In this document: one piece after another, positions 37,752 through 46,378 of the stretch
Position numbering within the stretch: the stretch's first letter is position 1
Layout of the letters: each line of letters begins with the position of its first letter
IMG/VR virus record: IMGVR_UViG_3300043399_000524
Location: 1-64,000 of that record
Source: a virus
DNA: 64,000 nucleotides
Reading direction: 5' to 3' (one strand)
Position numbers and translations under genes: made by a program
Notes under the pieces: generated by a model
The model's input: the letters and a program-made list of their open reading frames with translations, nothing else
Database searches by the model: none
What the model was told of the DNA's origin: nothing

Positions 37752-38760
37752 AATCCTTGATGCCACTGACCGTGCGTTGAAAGACGGTCAATTGGTAAAT
37801 GGACATTACACCCGTTCATTTGAAGAATGGCTTAGGCATCGTACTAGTACAAAATACGCAGTAACCGTACATTCGGGTACACAAGCACTTGAGATTATTG
37901 CTAGATACAAAAAGATTAAGCACAATCAAACTATGCAGGGTAATCCTAAAATACGCATACCTAACTTAACATATCCTGCAACATTAAATGCGTTTTTAAA
38001 TGCAGGATGGGACTTTGAATTAGGTGATACTGACAAGTACGGTATATTAAAATTAGAAGGTGGTACAGGTGGAGTATATGACTGTTTAGTAGGACTCTAC
38101 GGTAAACTGCCTTGGGAACAATCACGCATAGAACAAAGTCACGGGGTGATTGTCGACGGTGCCCAGCATTGGTTAGTATGTAATGGGCAAGTAGGCAGCG
38201 GCATGGCAATCAGTTTTGATCCTACAAAGAATCTAAATGCTAGTGGCAATGGCGGTGCAATCGTCACTAACGATGAACATTTATATTTGTTTGCCGCACG
38301 TTATAGAGACAATAATAAACCTGACTTCTACGATGCTGGAACTAATACAAAAATGAGTGAGCAGGATTGTGCTCAAATATTAGTTCGTTCAAAATATATT
38401 AACGAGTGGCAAGCTAGAAGAAAAGAAATCGCAAAATTTTGGTGCGATAGATTTAAAGAATTACCAGTGCGATGTTTAGCCGACACATCAGTACCGCATG
38501 CATATCAAAAATTTGTTATATATATGTCTGACAGAAATTCTATGCACACCCATTTGATGCTAAATGGCATAGACAGTAAGATAAATTATGAATATACGTT
38601 GGGTGACTTGCCCACTACGTTTGGTATTCCAAAACCAGATTTGTTGAGTACTAGCGTAATGTTAAGTAGGGGAGTAATTAGCTTACCTATATACCCTGAA
38701 TTGACTGATACTGAAGTGGAATATATAGCAGATAAAGTAGATGAATTTTTTGGAGAATAA
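37690..38760 (+). CDS. DegT/DnrJ/EryC1/StrS PLP-dependent sugar aminotransferase
   Basis: SGTQAL, VDGAQH, SFDPTKNL...GGAIV (PLP Lys), SLPIYP. Confidence 0.85.
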   Translation: MSGCNIPHFGLKRQYKNLRDEILDATDRALKDGQLVNGHYTRSFEEWLRHRTSTKYAVTVHSGTQALEIIARYKKIKHNQTMQGNPKIRIPNLTYPATLNAFLNAGWDFELGDTDKYGILKLEGGTGGVYDCLVGLYGKLPWEQSRIEQSHGVIVDGAQHWLVCNGQVGSGMAISFDPTKNLNASGNGGAIVTNDEHLYLFAARYRDNNKPDFYDAGTNTKMSEQDCAQILVRSKYINEWQARRKEIAKFWCDRFKELPVRCLADTSVPHAYQKFVIYMSDRNSMHTHLMLNGIDSKINYEYTLGDLPTTFGIPKPDLLSTSVMLSRGVISLPIYPELTDTEVEYIADKVDEFFGE

Positions 38761-38789
38761 AGTGTATCCCTAGTATAAATAAGGATACT

Positions 38790-39254
38790 ATGTGGATACT
38801 ATCAATACTCTCTGAAACAGCCATACATACGATATTTGGCATTGGTGTCCTAGGCGTAATCGCAGGGTTCGTCCTAGGTTTTATACCCTTTATTAGGACT
38901 TACAAACTAGCGATACAAATTTGTAGTATCTTATTGCTGGTTTTTGGTGTATATCTTGAAGGCGGCCTTGCTGACTATAAAGAGTGGGAACTCAAAGTCA
39001 AAGAAATGGAAGCCAAAGTTGCAAAAGCAGAAGCAGAAGCAGCTAATAAAAATGTAGAGATACAAGAAAAGATTGTCGAAAAGACCAAAGTAATTAAAGA
39101 AAAAGGTCGTGATATTATTAAATATGTTGACAAAGAAGTGGTTAAAAAAGAAGAAGTTGTCAAGTATATTGAAAACTGCCCAATTCCCAAAGATGTGATC
39201 GATGCTCACAACATTGCAGCCGAATTGAACAAAGCAGCGGAGAATAAAAAATGA
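38790..39254 (+). CDS. Inner-membrane coiled-coil protein, i-spanin (Rz)-like
   Basis: Hydrophobic N-terminus then long helical domain; followed by a lipoprotein gene. Confidence 0.55.
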   Translation: MWILSILSETAIHTIFGIGVLGVIAGFVLGFIPFIRTYKLAIQICSILLLVFGVYLEGGLADYKEWELKVKEMEAKVAKAEAEAANKNVEIQEKIVEKTKVIKEKGRDIIKYVDKEVVKKEEVVKYIENCPIPKDVIDAHNIAAELNKAAENKK

Positions 39255-39514
39255 AGTATTCACTAATCCTTTCGTTGTTTTTAGTTGGCTGTTCAACCAC
39301 AGTTCCAGTCAAACCAACATTTCCTAAAGCGGCGCCTGAACTTATGAAAAAGTGTGAAGCCTTGAAAAAGATCGAAGGTGATAAAGTAGCAATCACTGAA
39401 ATGCTTAAAGTTGTGATTCACAATTATTCACTATATTATGAATGCTCTACTAAAGTAGAAGGTTGGCAAGAGTGGTATAATGAGCAGAAAAAGATATATG
39501 AGAACGCAAAATAA
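39251..39514 (+). CDS. Lipoprotein, o-spanin (Rz1)-like
   Basis: LVGC lipobox, Pro-rich mature N-terminus, further Cys. Confidence 0.6.
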   Translation: MKYSLILSLFLVGCSTTVPVKPTFPKAAPELMKKCEALKKIEGDKVAITEMLKVVIHNYSLYYECSTKVEGWQEWYNEQKKIYENAK

Positions 39515-39773
39515 TAGCATATTATTAGCTACTTGTTTGCTATTAGCGGGCTGTGCATCTACAAATGATTACCAGACATATGTAGAAACTCAAAAAACGT
39601 TGAATAAAGACTATACTATGGCTGAACTCGCTAGAATTTCTGCATTGATTGAAATTGTAAAAGAATCTCAGGATATATCTGTTAAAATTGAAGCAATTAA
39701 GGCTTTACAAGAAATACAACGAGTAAAGAAACCGTTAGAAATAGACAGACCGAAGTCTTGGCTAGAAAGATAA
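39498..39773 (+). CDS. Second lipoprotein
   Basis: LLLAGC lipobox. Confidence 0.55.
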   Translation: MRTQNNSILLATCLLLAGCASTNDYQTYVETQKTLNKDYTMAELARISALIEIVKESQDISVKIEAIKALQEIQRVKKPLEIDRPKSWLER

Positions 39774-39793
39774 ATACTATATAGGGATTTATT

Positions 39794-40324
39794 ATGGCAC
39801 AAGAAATTATTAATGTAGGTGCGCTACCTAATGATGGTACCGGAGACCCATTGCGTGTTGCATTTGAGAAGATTAACAATAACTTCAGTAATCTGTTCGC
39901 TACTGCAACAATTACTTACTCAGTATACACTGTAGGCAACACACCCGGTCAAGTTATTTTTGAAACCCCAATAACTGCATTTACTCAAGCCAAATTTCAA
40001 ATTCGTTCTAGTGACAGCGGGTCTCCTAATAGCCAAAATATAACAATTGCAGCGCAAATATCTAATGATAACGCAAATGTAAAATATACTGGATATGGAA
40101 CCACATTTTTTGGTAATCCAGTAACACAGTATAGTATGGATGTGTCATCTGGAAACGTTAGACTTATGGCAGACCCATTAGTCAATGAAGCATTAGTACA
40201 CTTTATTTCTGCACAAGTAACTTACAATAGTGATACCGCAGGTATAGATATTGGATTAGATGGCTATGTTGATTCAGTGCTAAACACTGAAAACAATCTA
40301 AATATCACTACTGAAAACGGATAA
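39794..40324 (+). CDS. Baseplate/tail structural protein with T4 gp9/gp10-like N-terminal motif
   Basis: MAQEIINVG..PNDGTGDPLR.AF.KIN.NF. Confidence 0.65.
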   Translation: MAQEIINVGALPNDGTGDPLRVAFEKINNNFSNLFATATITYSVYTVGNTPGQVIFETPITAFTQAKFQIRSSDSGSPNSQNITIAAQISNDNANVKYTGYGTTFFGNPVTQYSMDVSSGNVRLMADPLVNEALVHFISAQVTYNSDTAGIDIGLDGYVDSVLNTENNLNITTENG

Positions 40325-40325
40325 A

Positions 40326-40721
40326 ATGAGAGCCAGAGAGTTTATTGCAGAATCTACAGGCAGTATTTTACCAGAAGTACAACATACCCTACCGGCCGCC
40401 TGGGTGATCGATGCACTACAAAACAATGATTTTTACAAACAATACCGTTTTGGTGTAGCACTGGCAGGAGCTAAAGGAGCCGAACAACGTAAAAAAGATA
40501 ATGTCCCCGAGTATTCTACGGAAACTGTTTGGGGAGAAAATGAAGTTATAATATCATATGGTGGTTCCGATTATTTAAAGAAATATTTAGATGACGCATT
40601 ACGACAAATGGGATTGCCATCCAGTGCTGCAAAATTAGTAACAACTAAAAAGAGTGAAGAACCAACTAACACTGGCAAACAAAGTACACTACTGCCGTTT
40701 AAAGGGTACAAAAGAAAATGA
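40326..40721 (+). CDS. Putative internal head protein, paralog 1
   Basis: MRAREFIAE start, YRFGVALAG, PFKGYKRK end. Confidence 0.6.
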   Translation: MRAREFIAESTGSILPEVQHTLPAAWVIDALQNNDFYKQYRFGVALAGAKGAEQRKKDNVPEYSTETVWGENEVIISYGGSDYLKKYLDDALRQMGLPSSAAKLVTTKKSEEPTNTGKQSTLLPFKGYKRK

Positions 40722-41107
40722 GAGCAAGAGAATTCATAACAGAAGGGTCTAAGGGCCTGCGTGGAAACAATAGAGCAGAACCTAACCATGAATTTGCGTC
40801 AGCACACCCTAGTATTGTAGCACCACATGGTCGTGGGGACATGTACATTGGCCGTTACTATGACTTTTATAAAGTAGCGCAATTAACTGGTATGGATCCT
40901 GATGAACTAGACCAGATGGACTTAATTTCATTCTTTGGTAACCTGCCTGTGTTTTCGGGATATACTGAACAGGACCGTGAAAAATTATTCCGTGTTATGA
41001 AAAAGCTAGGTATGAAACCCAAAGACTATATTCCTACTGGTAGCACAGAGCCCGATGATACACATGTCACAAGCCCATTAAATGGCTTCAAGGGTTACAA
41101 GAAATAA
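40718..41107 (+). CDS. Putative internal head protein, paralog 2
   Basis: MRAREFITE start, GFKGYKK end. Confidence 0.6.
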   Translation: MRAREFITEGSKGLRGNNRAEPNHEFASAHPSIVAPHGRGDMYIGRYYDFYKVAQLTGMDPDELDQMDLISFFGNLPVFSGYTEQDREKLFRVMKKLGMKPKDYIPTGSTEPDDTHVTSPLNGFKGYKK

Positions 41108-41985
41108 TGTGTATCATAGTTGCGAAATACTTTGATGGAATTGGATGGGCGGGCGCAAAGAATCGTGACCGTAAGTATATTCCAACACTAGATTTTTTAA
41201 TTGAAGATGTAGGTGATGTTGAACGTTGTATGATGCATGACCAAATAACAGGTTATAAAGAAGGCATCAACAGTTATGGTTTAAGTATACTGAACACAAG
41301 TTTAGATGTACTAGAAGATGAGCCGGAAGTTGAATCGGGTAAGGCAAAGAATAGTCCTGACGGTCAAGCAATAGCAGAAGCATTGGCGATGAAAGATCCG
41401 TTGGATGCAGTAAAACATCTAATCAAAAAGAAACTTGTAGGGTGTACCATCGTCTTTAATAAAGAAGATATGTATCTTATAGAAGCCGCTGACCAAGATG
41501 GCACAAGATCCTACGAATTTGTTGTAAAAAAGATAGCAAAGAAGAACATAGTAGCAAGAACTAATCATGGAATCTATCTTCCGTGGGCAAGTTTTCAACG
41601 TGTTGAGGGCGATGAGGAACAAACACTTGATAGAATATCTAGCGAAGCGAGGCTTTTACAAGCAGAAGAAGTCGTAAAGAATGCTAAATCTCCGCAAGAC
41701 TTAGTAGATGGATTGTGTCAAGTCAATGTTAACAATCCTCAGCTAAATATAATGAGATTCAGTACAGAAGAAAACAAGTTTCGCACAACAAGTCAGCAGT
41801 TATGTGTACCCAAAGAACGTACATTATATTGTCGTCCAGTGAGTAGCAACTTACAATTTAATTTCTGGGAACTGAATAAGCCAAACCGTGACACATGGGT
41901 AGAAATTATAAGCAACAGAGAATTGTGGAAACATTCAAAGAAAAATCTACCGTTTGATGATGTCAATTTGAAAGATATAGAATGA
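41107..41985 (+). CDS. N-terminal nucleophile (Ntn) hydrolase-like protein
   Basis: Cys at position 2 (MCIIVAK), KNRD, GINSYGL, RTNH. Confidence 0.6.
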   Translation: MCIIVAKYFDGIGWAGAKNRDRKYIPTLDFLIEDVGDVERCMMHDQITGYKEGINSYGLSILNTSLDVLEDEPEVESGKAKNSPDGQAIAEALAMKDPLDAVKHLIKKKLVGCTIVFNKEDMYLIEAADQDGTRSYEFVVKKIAKKNIVARTNHGIYLPWASFQRVEGDEEQTLDRISSEARLLQAEEVVKNAKSPQDLVDGLCQVNVNNPQLNIMRFSTEENKFRTTSQQLCVPKERTLYCRPVSSNLQFNFWELNKPNRDTWVEIISNRELWKHSKKNLPFDDVNLKDIE

Positions 41986-42383
41986 GAGCAAGAGAGTTTA
42001 TCACTGAAACAAAATACGGCTCTGCCGAAGATGTTTCAGCCGACGCCAAAAAACTACCAAAAAGCCAAGCCTCTGCTCTCAAAGGTGCTGTAAGTATGCC
42101 TGACATTTCACAAGTAAAACAAGGTGGTAGTCCATACGCACAATGGCGTTTTGGTATAGCAATGGCAGGGGCACCCGATTTTCCTACTGAACCTGCAGGG
42201 GCATTTGCCGGCGACCCTCTACTGGCAACATATACAGATGTTGAGATGGATATTATCAACAAAGCAGCTAAGTTTATTGGCGCTGGCGAAGTTAAACAAC
42301 TAACTAACAACAGAAGTCAAGAAGCCGATTGGGTCAACAAGAATAGTTTAGTAAAACCATTTAAAGGTTACAAAAGAAAATAA
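41982..42383 (+). CDS. Putative internal head protein, paralog 3
   Basis: MRAREFITE start, WRFGIAMAG, PFKGYKRK end. Confidence 0.6.
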   Translation: MRAREFITETKYGSAEDVSADAKKLPKSQASALKGAVSMPDISQVKQGGSPYAQWRFGIAMAGAPDFPTEPAGAFAGDPLLATYTDVEMDIINKAAKFIGAGEVKQLTNNRSQEADWVNKNSLVKPFKGYKRK

Positions 42384-42434
42384 TTTAAATCAATCCTCAC
42401 TGTATAAGTAATTTTATACTTTATAGGATTTTCA

Positions 42435-43124
42435 ATGATTGACATAAACAATACACTTGACTTAGTTAAATTAAAACTCTACAATGAGTGGATTTATACA
42501 GCACATATTTATGATGAGGGCCCTAGCCCAATGCATGAAACACTAACTAAACAAGTTGTAGAAAAATACATCGATCCCATAAATTTACCTAAAAACTCTA
42601 AAATCTTGGATATGGGCTGCGGCCCTGGGTATTTTTTGGATCAAATGAAAGAACGCGGATACACTGACCTCATCGGTGTAACTCTAAGTCCCGGAGATAT
42701 AAAAGTATGCGAAAGCAAGGGTCATAAAATTGCAAAGTATGATTTGAGTTTTTTACCCCAAAAAGATGGCTATTACGATGAATCTGTTGACTTCATTTTC
42801 TGCCGTCATGCACTAGAACATAGTCCATACCCGATCTTCACCTTAATGGAATATAACCGTATTTTAAAGCAAAACGGCAAAATATACATAGAATTACCCC
42901 AACCAGATTGTGAACGCAAGCACGAGTACAATCTAAATCACTATAGTATTTTTGGTGAAAATCAATTGGCTGCTTTATTAATTCGTTGCGGTTTTAACAT
43001 TGATATGTTCAACAAACTAGAATTTGACATACAAGGTAAGAGGGAAAATGACGAAGTTTTCATAGCCAAAGAAAAATTCTATTGTATTGTAGTCACAAAA
43101 GCAAGACCATTAGATATCAAGTAA
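42435..43124 (+). CDS. Class I SAM-dependent methyltransferase
   Basis: ILDMGCGPG, DFIFCRHALEH, NRILKQNG. Confidence 0.85.
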   Translation: MIDINNTLDLVKLKLYNEWIYTAHIYDEGPSPMHETLTKQVVEKYIDPINLPKNSKILDMGCGPGYFLDQMKERGYTDLIGVTLSPGDIKVCESKGHKIAKYDLSFLPQKDGYYDESVDFIFCRHALEHSPYPIFTLMEYNRILKQNGKIYIELPQPDCERKHEYNLNHYSIFGENQLAALLIRCGFNIDMFNKLEFDIQGKRENDEVFIAKEKFYCIVVTKARPLDIK

Positions 43125-43129
43125 AACGA

Positions 43130-43155
43130 TAAATACTCACTATAAGTGAGTATTT
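43130..43155 (+). promoter_or_regulatory. Late box inside a perfect 10-bp inverted repeat before the ATG
   Basis: aaatactcac-tataa-gtgagtattt; TAAATA at 43130-43135. Confidence 0.6.
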
Positions 43156-43157
43156 TT

Positions 43158-44786
43158 ATGGCTACACCAGAACCAACCGAAGTCGCACCTTGGTATTTGC
43201 GAAATATCAATCAGGCGCTAGAATTAGATAATGTAACAGGACAAGTACATGTCCGTAGTTCTATTGTGGGAGGTAATGTAACGATAGCAGGAAATATCAT
43301 TGTCAGTAATATCACTGTCGATGCTATGGGAAACATCGACTTGTCTGGTAACACAATGCCGGTCAGTGGAAATGTAACAGTAGATACAATTACTGGTAAT
43401 GTTAACGTTACGCAAGGAACTGATCCCTGGATAGTGTCAGGAAATGTCAATATTGATTCATTACCGGAAGTTGAGATTAAAAACGACATTGATAATCCTA
43501 TACCAATCAGTAAAGATACTAGTGTCAACTCAATAACTAACCCTATCTATGTATCAGGTGTAAACAATGCAAGTTTCTTTGCACCAACACAATCAGATGC
43601 ATTCGGTAGGTTGCGTGTAAGCAATCCGCAGACATTATTTGATACACAAGCAAGATACTATGACCATCAACAATTTGCTTCAAATACAGTTGGTGGAGGA
43701 AATGTAGTTTATAATGCAAATTCAAGCACATTTGCTATGAATGTGGGTACAGGATCAACCGATAGTGTCTTTAGAGAAACATATAAAGTATTCCCGTATC
43801 AACCAGGTAAGAGTTTGTTGATATTGTCAACATTCTGTATGAATGCTCCTAAAGCTAATTTAAGACAACGAGCAGGCTATTTCAGTGCTAATAATGGTAT
43901 ATATTTTGAAATAGACGGTACAACTTTAAACATGGTTATCAGAAGCAGTAGCAGTGGTGTTATTGTGGAAGATAGAGTACCGCAAATAAATTGGAACGGC
44001 GATACGTTATTAGGTACAGGTGGATCAACTAATCTGAGTGGTATACAACTAAATCCAGCAGTAGACCAAATTTGGTTTACTGATATTGAATGGTTGGGTG
44101 TAGGTAGTGTTCGTGTTGGGTTCGTTATAGACGGTCAATATATCGTATGTCATACTTTCCCGCATGCTAACGTTTTAGGTAATACTACAACATACATGAC
44201 AACAGCTAGTTTGCCGCTAAGATATGAAATTACAAATACAGGAACAACAGCAAGTAATAGTACATTAAGGCAGATTTGTTCTAGTGTTATTTCTGAGGGT
44301 GGGTACCAATTATCAGGAACACCAAGATCAATTGGTCACGCATTGAATGCACCGGTAACACTACCTAACGACCAATCATTTAAACCAATATTAAGTATTA
44401 GACTAAAGAGTACTATGTTGGATGCCATCGTATTACCAACATATTTTACCATTGCTCCTACAGCACAAAGTACATTCAAGTACAGAATTTACAGTCGTGC
44501 AATCACCACCGGAGGATCATGGGTAGGTGTAGACGGAGCTTTTGAAAGCCCGGTTGAATACAATTTAAATCCGACTACTATATCAAGTGGTGCAATAGTC
44601 ACTGAAGGATTTATTATTTCTAGTAACCAAGCATCGGCCGCCCCTTCGCAAGTTGCATTTGGATTTGAAGTTCAACTGCAAAGAAACTCTTTTACTAGTG
44701 TTGCTTATGAGTATGTAATTGCTGTTGCTACTACGGGTACTAACCAAACGGTATATTCAAGTATTGAGTGGCAAGAAGTTAACTAA
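43158..44786 (+). CDS. Putative virion structural protein
   Basis: VSGNV repeats, DAFGRLRVSNP, beta-rich; late box upstream; ATG 43158 preferred to GTG 43146. Confidence 0.55.
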   Translation: MATPEPTEVAPWYLRNINQALELDNVTGQVHVRSSIVGGNVTIAGNIIVSNITVDAMGNIDLSGNTMPVSGNVTVDTITGNVNVTQGTDPWIVSGNVNIDSLPEVEIKNDIDNPIPISKDTSVNSITNPIYVSGVNNASFFAPTQSDAFGRLRVSNPQTLFDTQARYYDHQQFASNTVGGGNVVYNANSSTFAMNVGTGSTDSVFRETYKVFPYQPGKSLLILSTFCMNAPKANLRQRAGYFSANNGIYFEIDGTTLNMVIRSSSSGVIVEDRVPQINWNGDTLLGTGGSTNLSGIQLNPAVDQIWFTDIEWLGVGSVRVGFVIDGQYIVCHTFPHANVLGNTTTYMTTASLPLRYEITNTGTTASNSTLRQICSSVISEGGYQLSGTPRSIGHALNAPVTLPNDQSFKPILSIRLKSTMLDAIVLPTYFTIAPTAQSTFKYRIYSRAITTGGSWVGVDGAFESPVEYNLNPTTISSGAIVTEGFIISSNQASAAPSQVAFGFEVQLQRNSFTSVAYEYVIAVATTGTNQTVYSSIEWQEVN

Positions 44787-44812
44787 CGAATATTATTGAA
44801 ATAAATAATGGT

Positions 44813-46363
44813 ATGAGTGGAACACCTACCTTAGTCAAGACCCCTTATCAAAAGACACATTTTAAAACCGATAAGGAACTACAAGATTTTATAAAGTGTT
44901 GTGACCCTGACACGGGTTATCTATATTTTATGGATAATTTCTTTTACATACAACATCCTACTAAGGGAAGTATGTTGTATCATCCTTGGCCCTACCAAGA
45001 AAGATTGATCGAAACATACCACAAGTATAGATATTCAATCAGTCTAATGCCTCGACAGTCAGGTAAGTCAACAAGTGCAGCAGGATATCTATTATGGTAT
45101 GCTATGTTTGTACCCGATTCAACTATTCTTATTGCAGCGCACAAATATACAGGTGCTCAAGAAATCATGCAACGTATTCGCTATGCATATGAAGCATGTC
45201 CCGATCACATTAAAGCAGGTGTCACAACATATAACAAGGGTTCGTTAGACTTTGAGAACGGATCTCGTATAGTAAGTGCAACAACGACTGAAAATACAGG
45301 TCGTGGTATGTCTATCTCACTTTTATACTTAGACGAATTTGCGTTCGTTAGACCTAGCATTGCTACAGAATTCTGGACAGCTATTACTCCTACATTGGCA
45401 ACCGGTGGTAAAGCAATTATCACTAGTACACCAAACAGTGACGAAGACCAGTTTGCATTGATTTGGAAAGGTGCTAACAAGTGTGAAGATGAGTTTGGAA
45501 ATACAACAGAAGTCGGTGTAAACGGATTCAGAGCATATAGAGCATACTATACAGAACAACCCGGCCGTGATGAAAAATGGGCAGCAGAAATGAAGGCACA
45601 ACTCGGTGAAGATAGATTCCGCCGAGAGATTGGGTGTGAATTCATTATTGCTGATGAAACATTAATTGCTCCTACAACATTGATCGACTTAGAGGGAATC
45701 GAACCTGTCAGTCGCATGGGTCAAGTTCGTTGGTACGACACTCCTAAAAAAGGCAACATCTATGTTGTTGCATTAGATCCTAGTATCGGTACCGGTGGCG
45801 ACCCTGCTGCCATACAAGTTTTTGAGGCTAATTCAACCAAGCAAATAGCAGAATGGAAGCATAATCGTACGGATATCCCTAGTCAGATTAAATTACTAGC
45901 ACAAATCACGAAACATATATCTGAAATTACAGGTGAACCTAACAATATCTATTATTCAATAGAGTGTAACGGTATTGGCGAAGCAGCGATTGTGTCACTA
46001 AATGAATACGGAGAAAGCAACATTCAGGGCATTTTCTTGACTGAATCAGGAAAGTCAAGCCGCCGCGGCTTTAACACTACAAACAAAAGCAAACTTGCAG
46101 CTTGTGCCAAGTTCAAAACATTGGTTGAGAGCAAGAAAATGAAGGTAAATAGTCGTAGTCTTATAGGAGAAATGAAGTCATTCATAGCCCACGGTGGAAG
46201 TTATGCAGCCAAAGTCGGAGACACAGACGATTTAATTATGGCATCATTATTGGCTGTTAGAATGCTACAGCAATTAAGCGATTATCATTATGATTTAGAA
46301 GAACAAATTCGTGACCATGATGAAACAATACAGCCCCTGCCCTTTTACGCTGTTTTAGCTTAA
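44813..46363 (+). CDS. terL: Terminase large subunit (T4 gp17-like)
   Basis: PRQSGKS Walker A, LYLDEFAF Walker B, STPN, ALDPSIG nuclease Asp, DDLIMA. Confidence 0.92.
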   Translation: MSGTPTLVKTPYQKTHFKTDKELQDFIKCCDPDTGYLYFMDNFFYIQHPTKGSMLYHPWPYQERLIETYHKYRYSISLMPRQSGKSTSAAGYLLWYAMFVPDSTILIAAHKYTGAQEIMQRIRYAYEACPDHIKAGVTTYNKGSLDFENGSRIVSATTTENTGRGMSISLLYLDEFAFVRPSIATEFWTAITPTLATGGKAIITSTPNSDEDQFALIWKGANKCEDEFGNTTEVGVNGFRAYRAYYTEQPGRDEKWAAEMKAQLGEDRFRREIGCEFIIADETLIAPTTLIDLEGIEPVSRMGQVRWYDTPKKGNIYVVALDPSIGTGGDPAAIQVFEANSTKQIAEWKHNRTDIPSQIKLLAQITKHISEITGEPNNIYYSIECNGIGEAAIVSLNEYGESNIQGIFLTESGKSSRRGFNTTNKSKLAACAKFKTLVESKKMKVNSRSLIGEMKSFIAHGGSYAAKVGDTDDLIMASLLAVRMLQQLSDYHYDLEEQIRDHDETIQPLPFYAVLA

Positions 46364-46378
46364 AAGATAAATACTTAT

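Noticed and set aside
44813-46363. Intein or intron in terminase, uvsX, uvsW or thyA
   Set aside because: All are contiguous, of normal length, with motifs in the expected order
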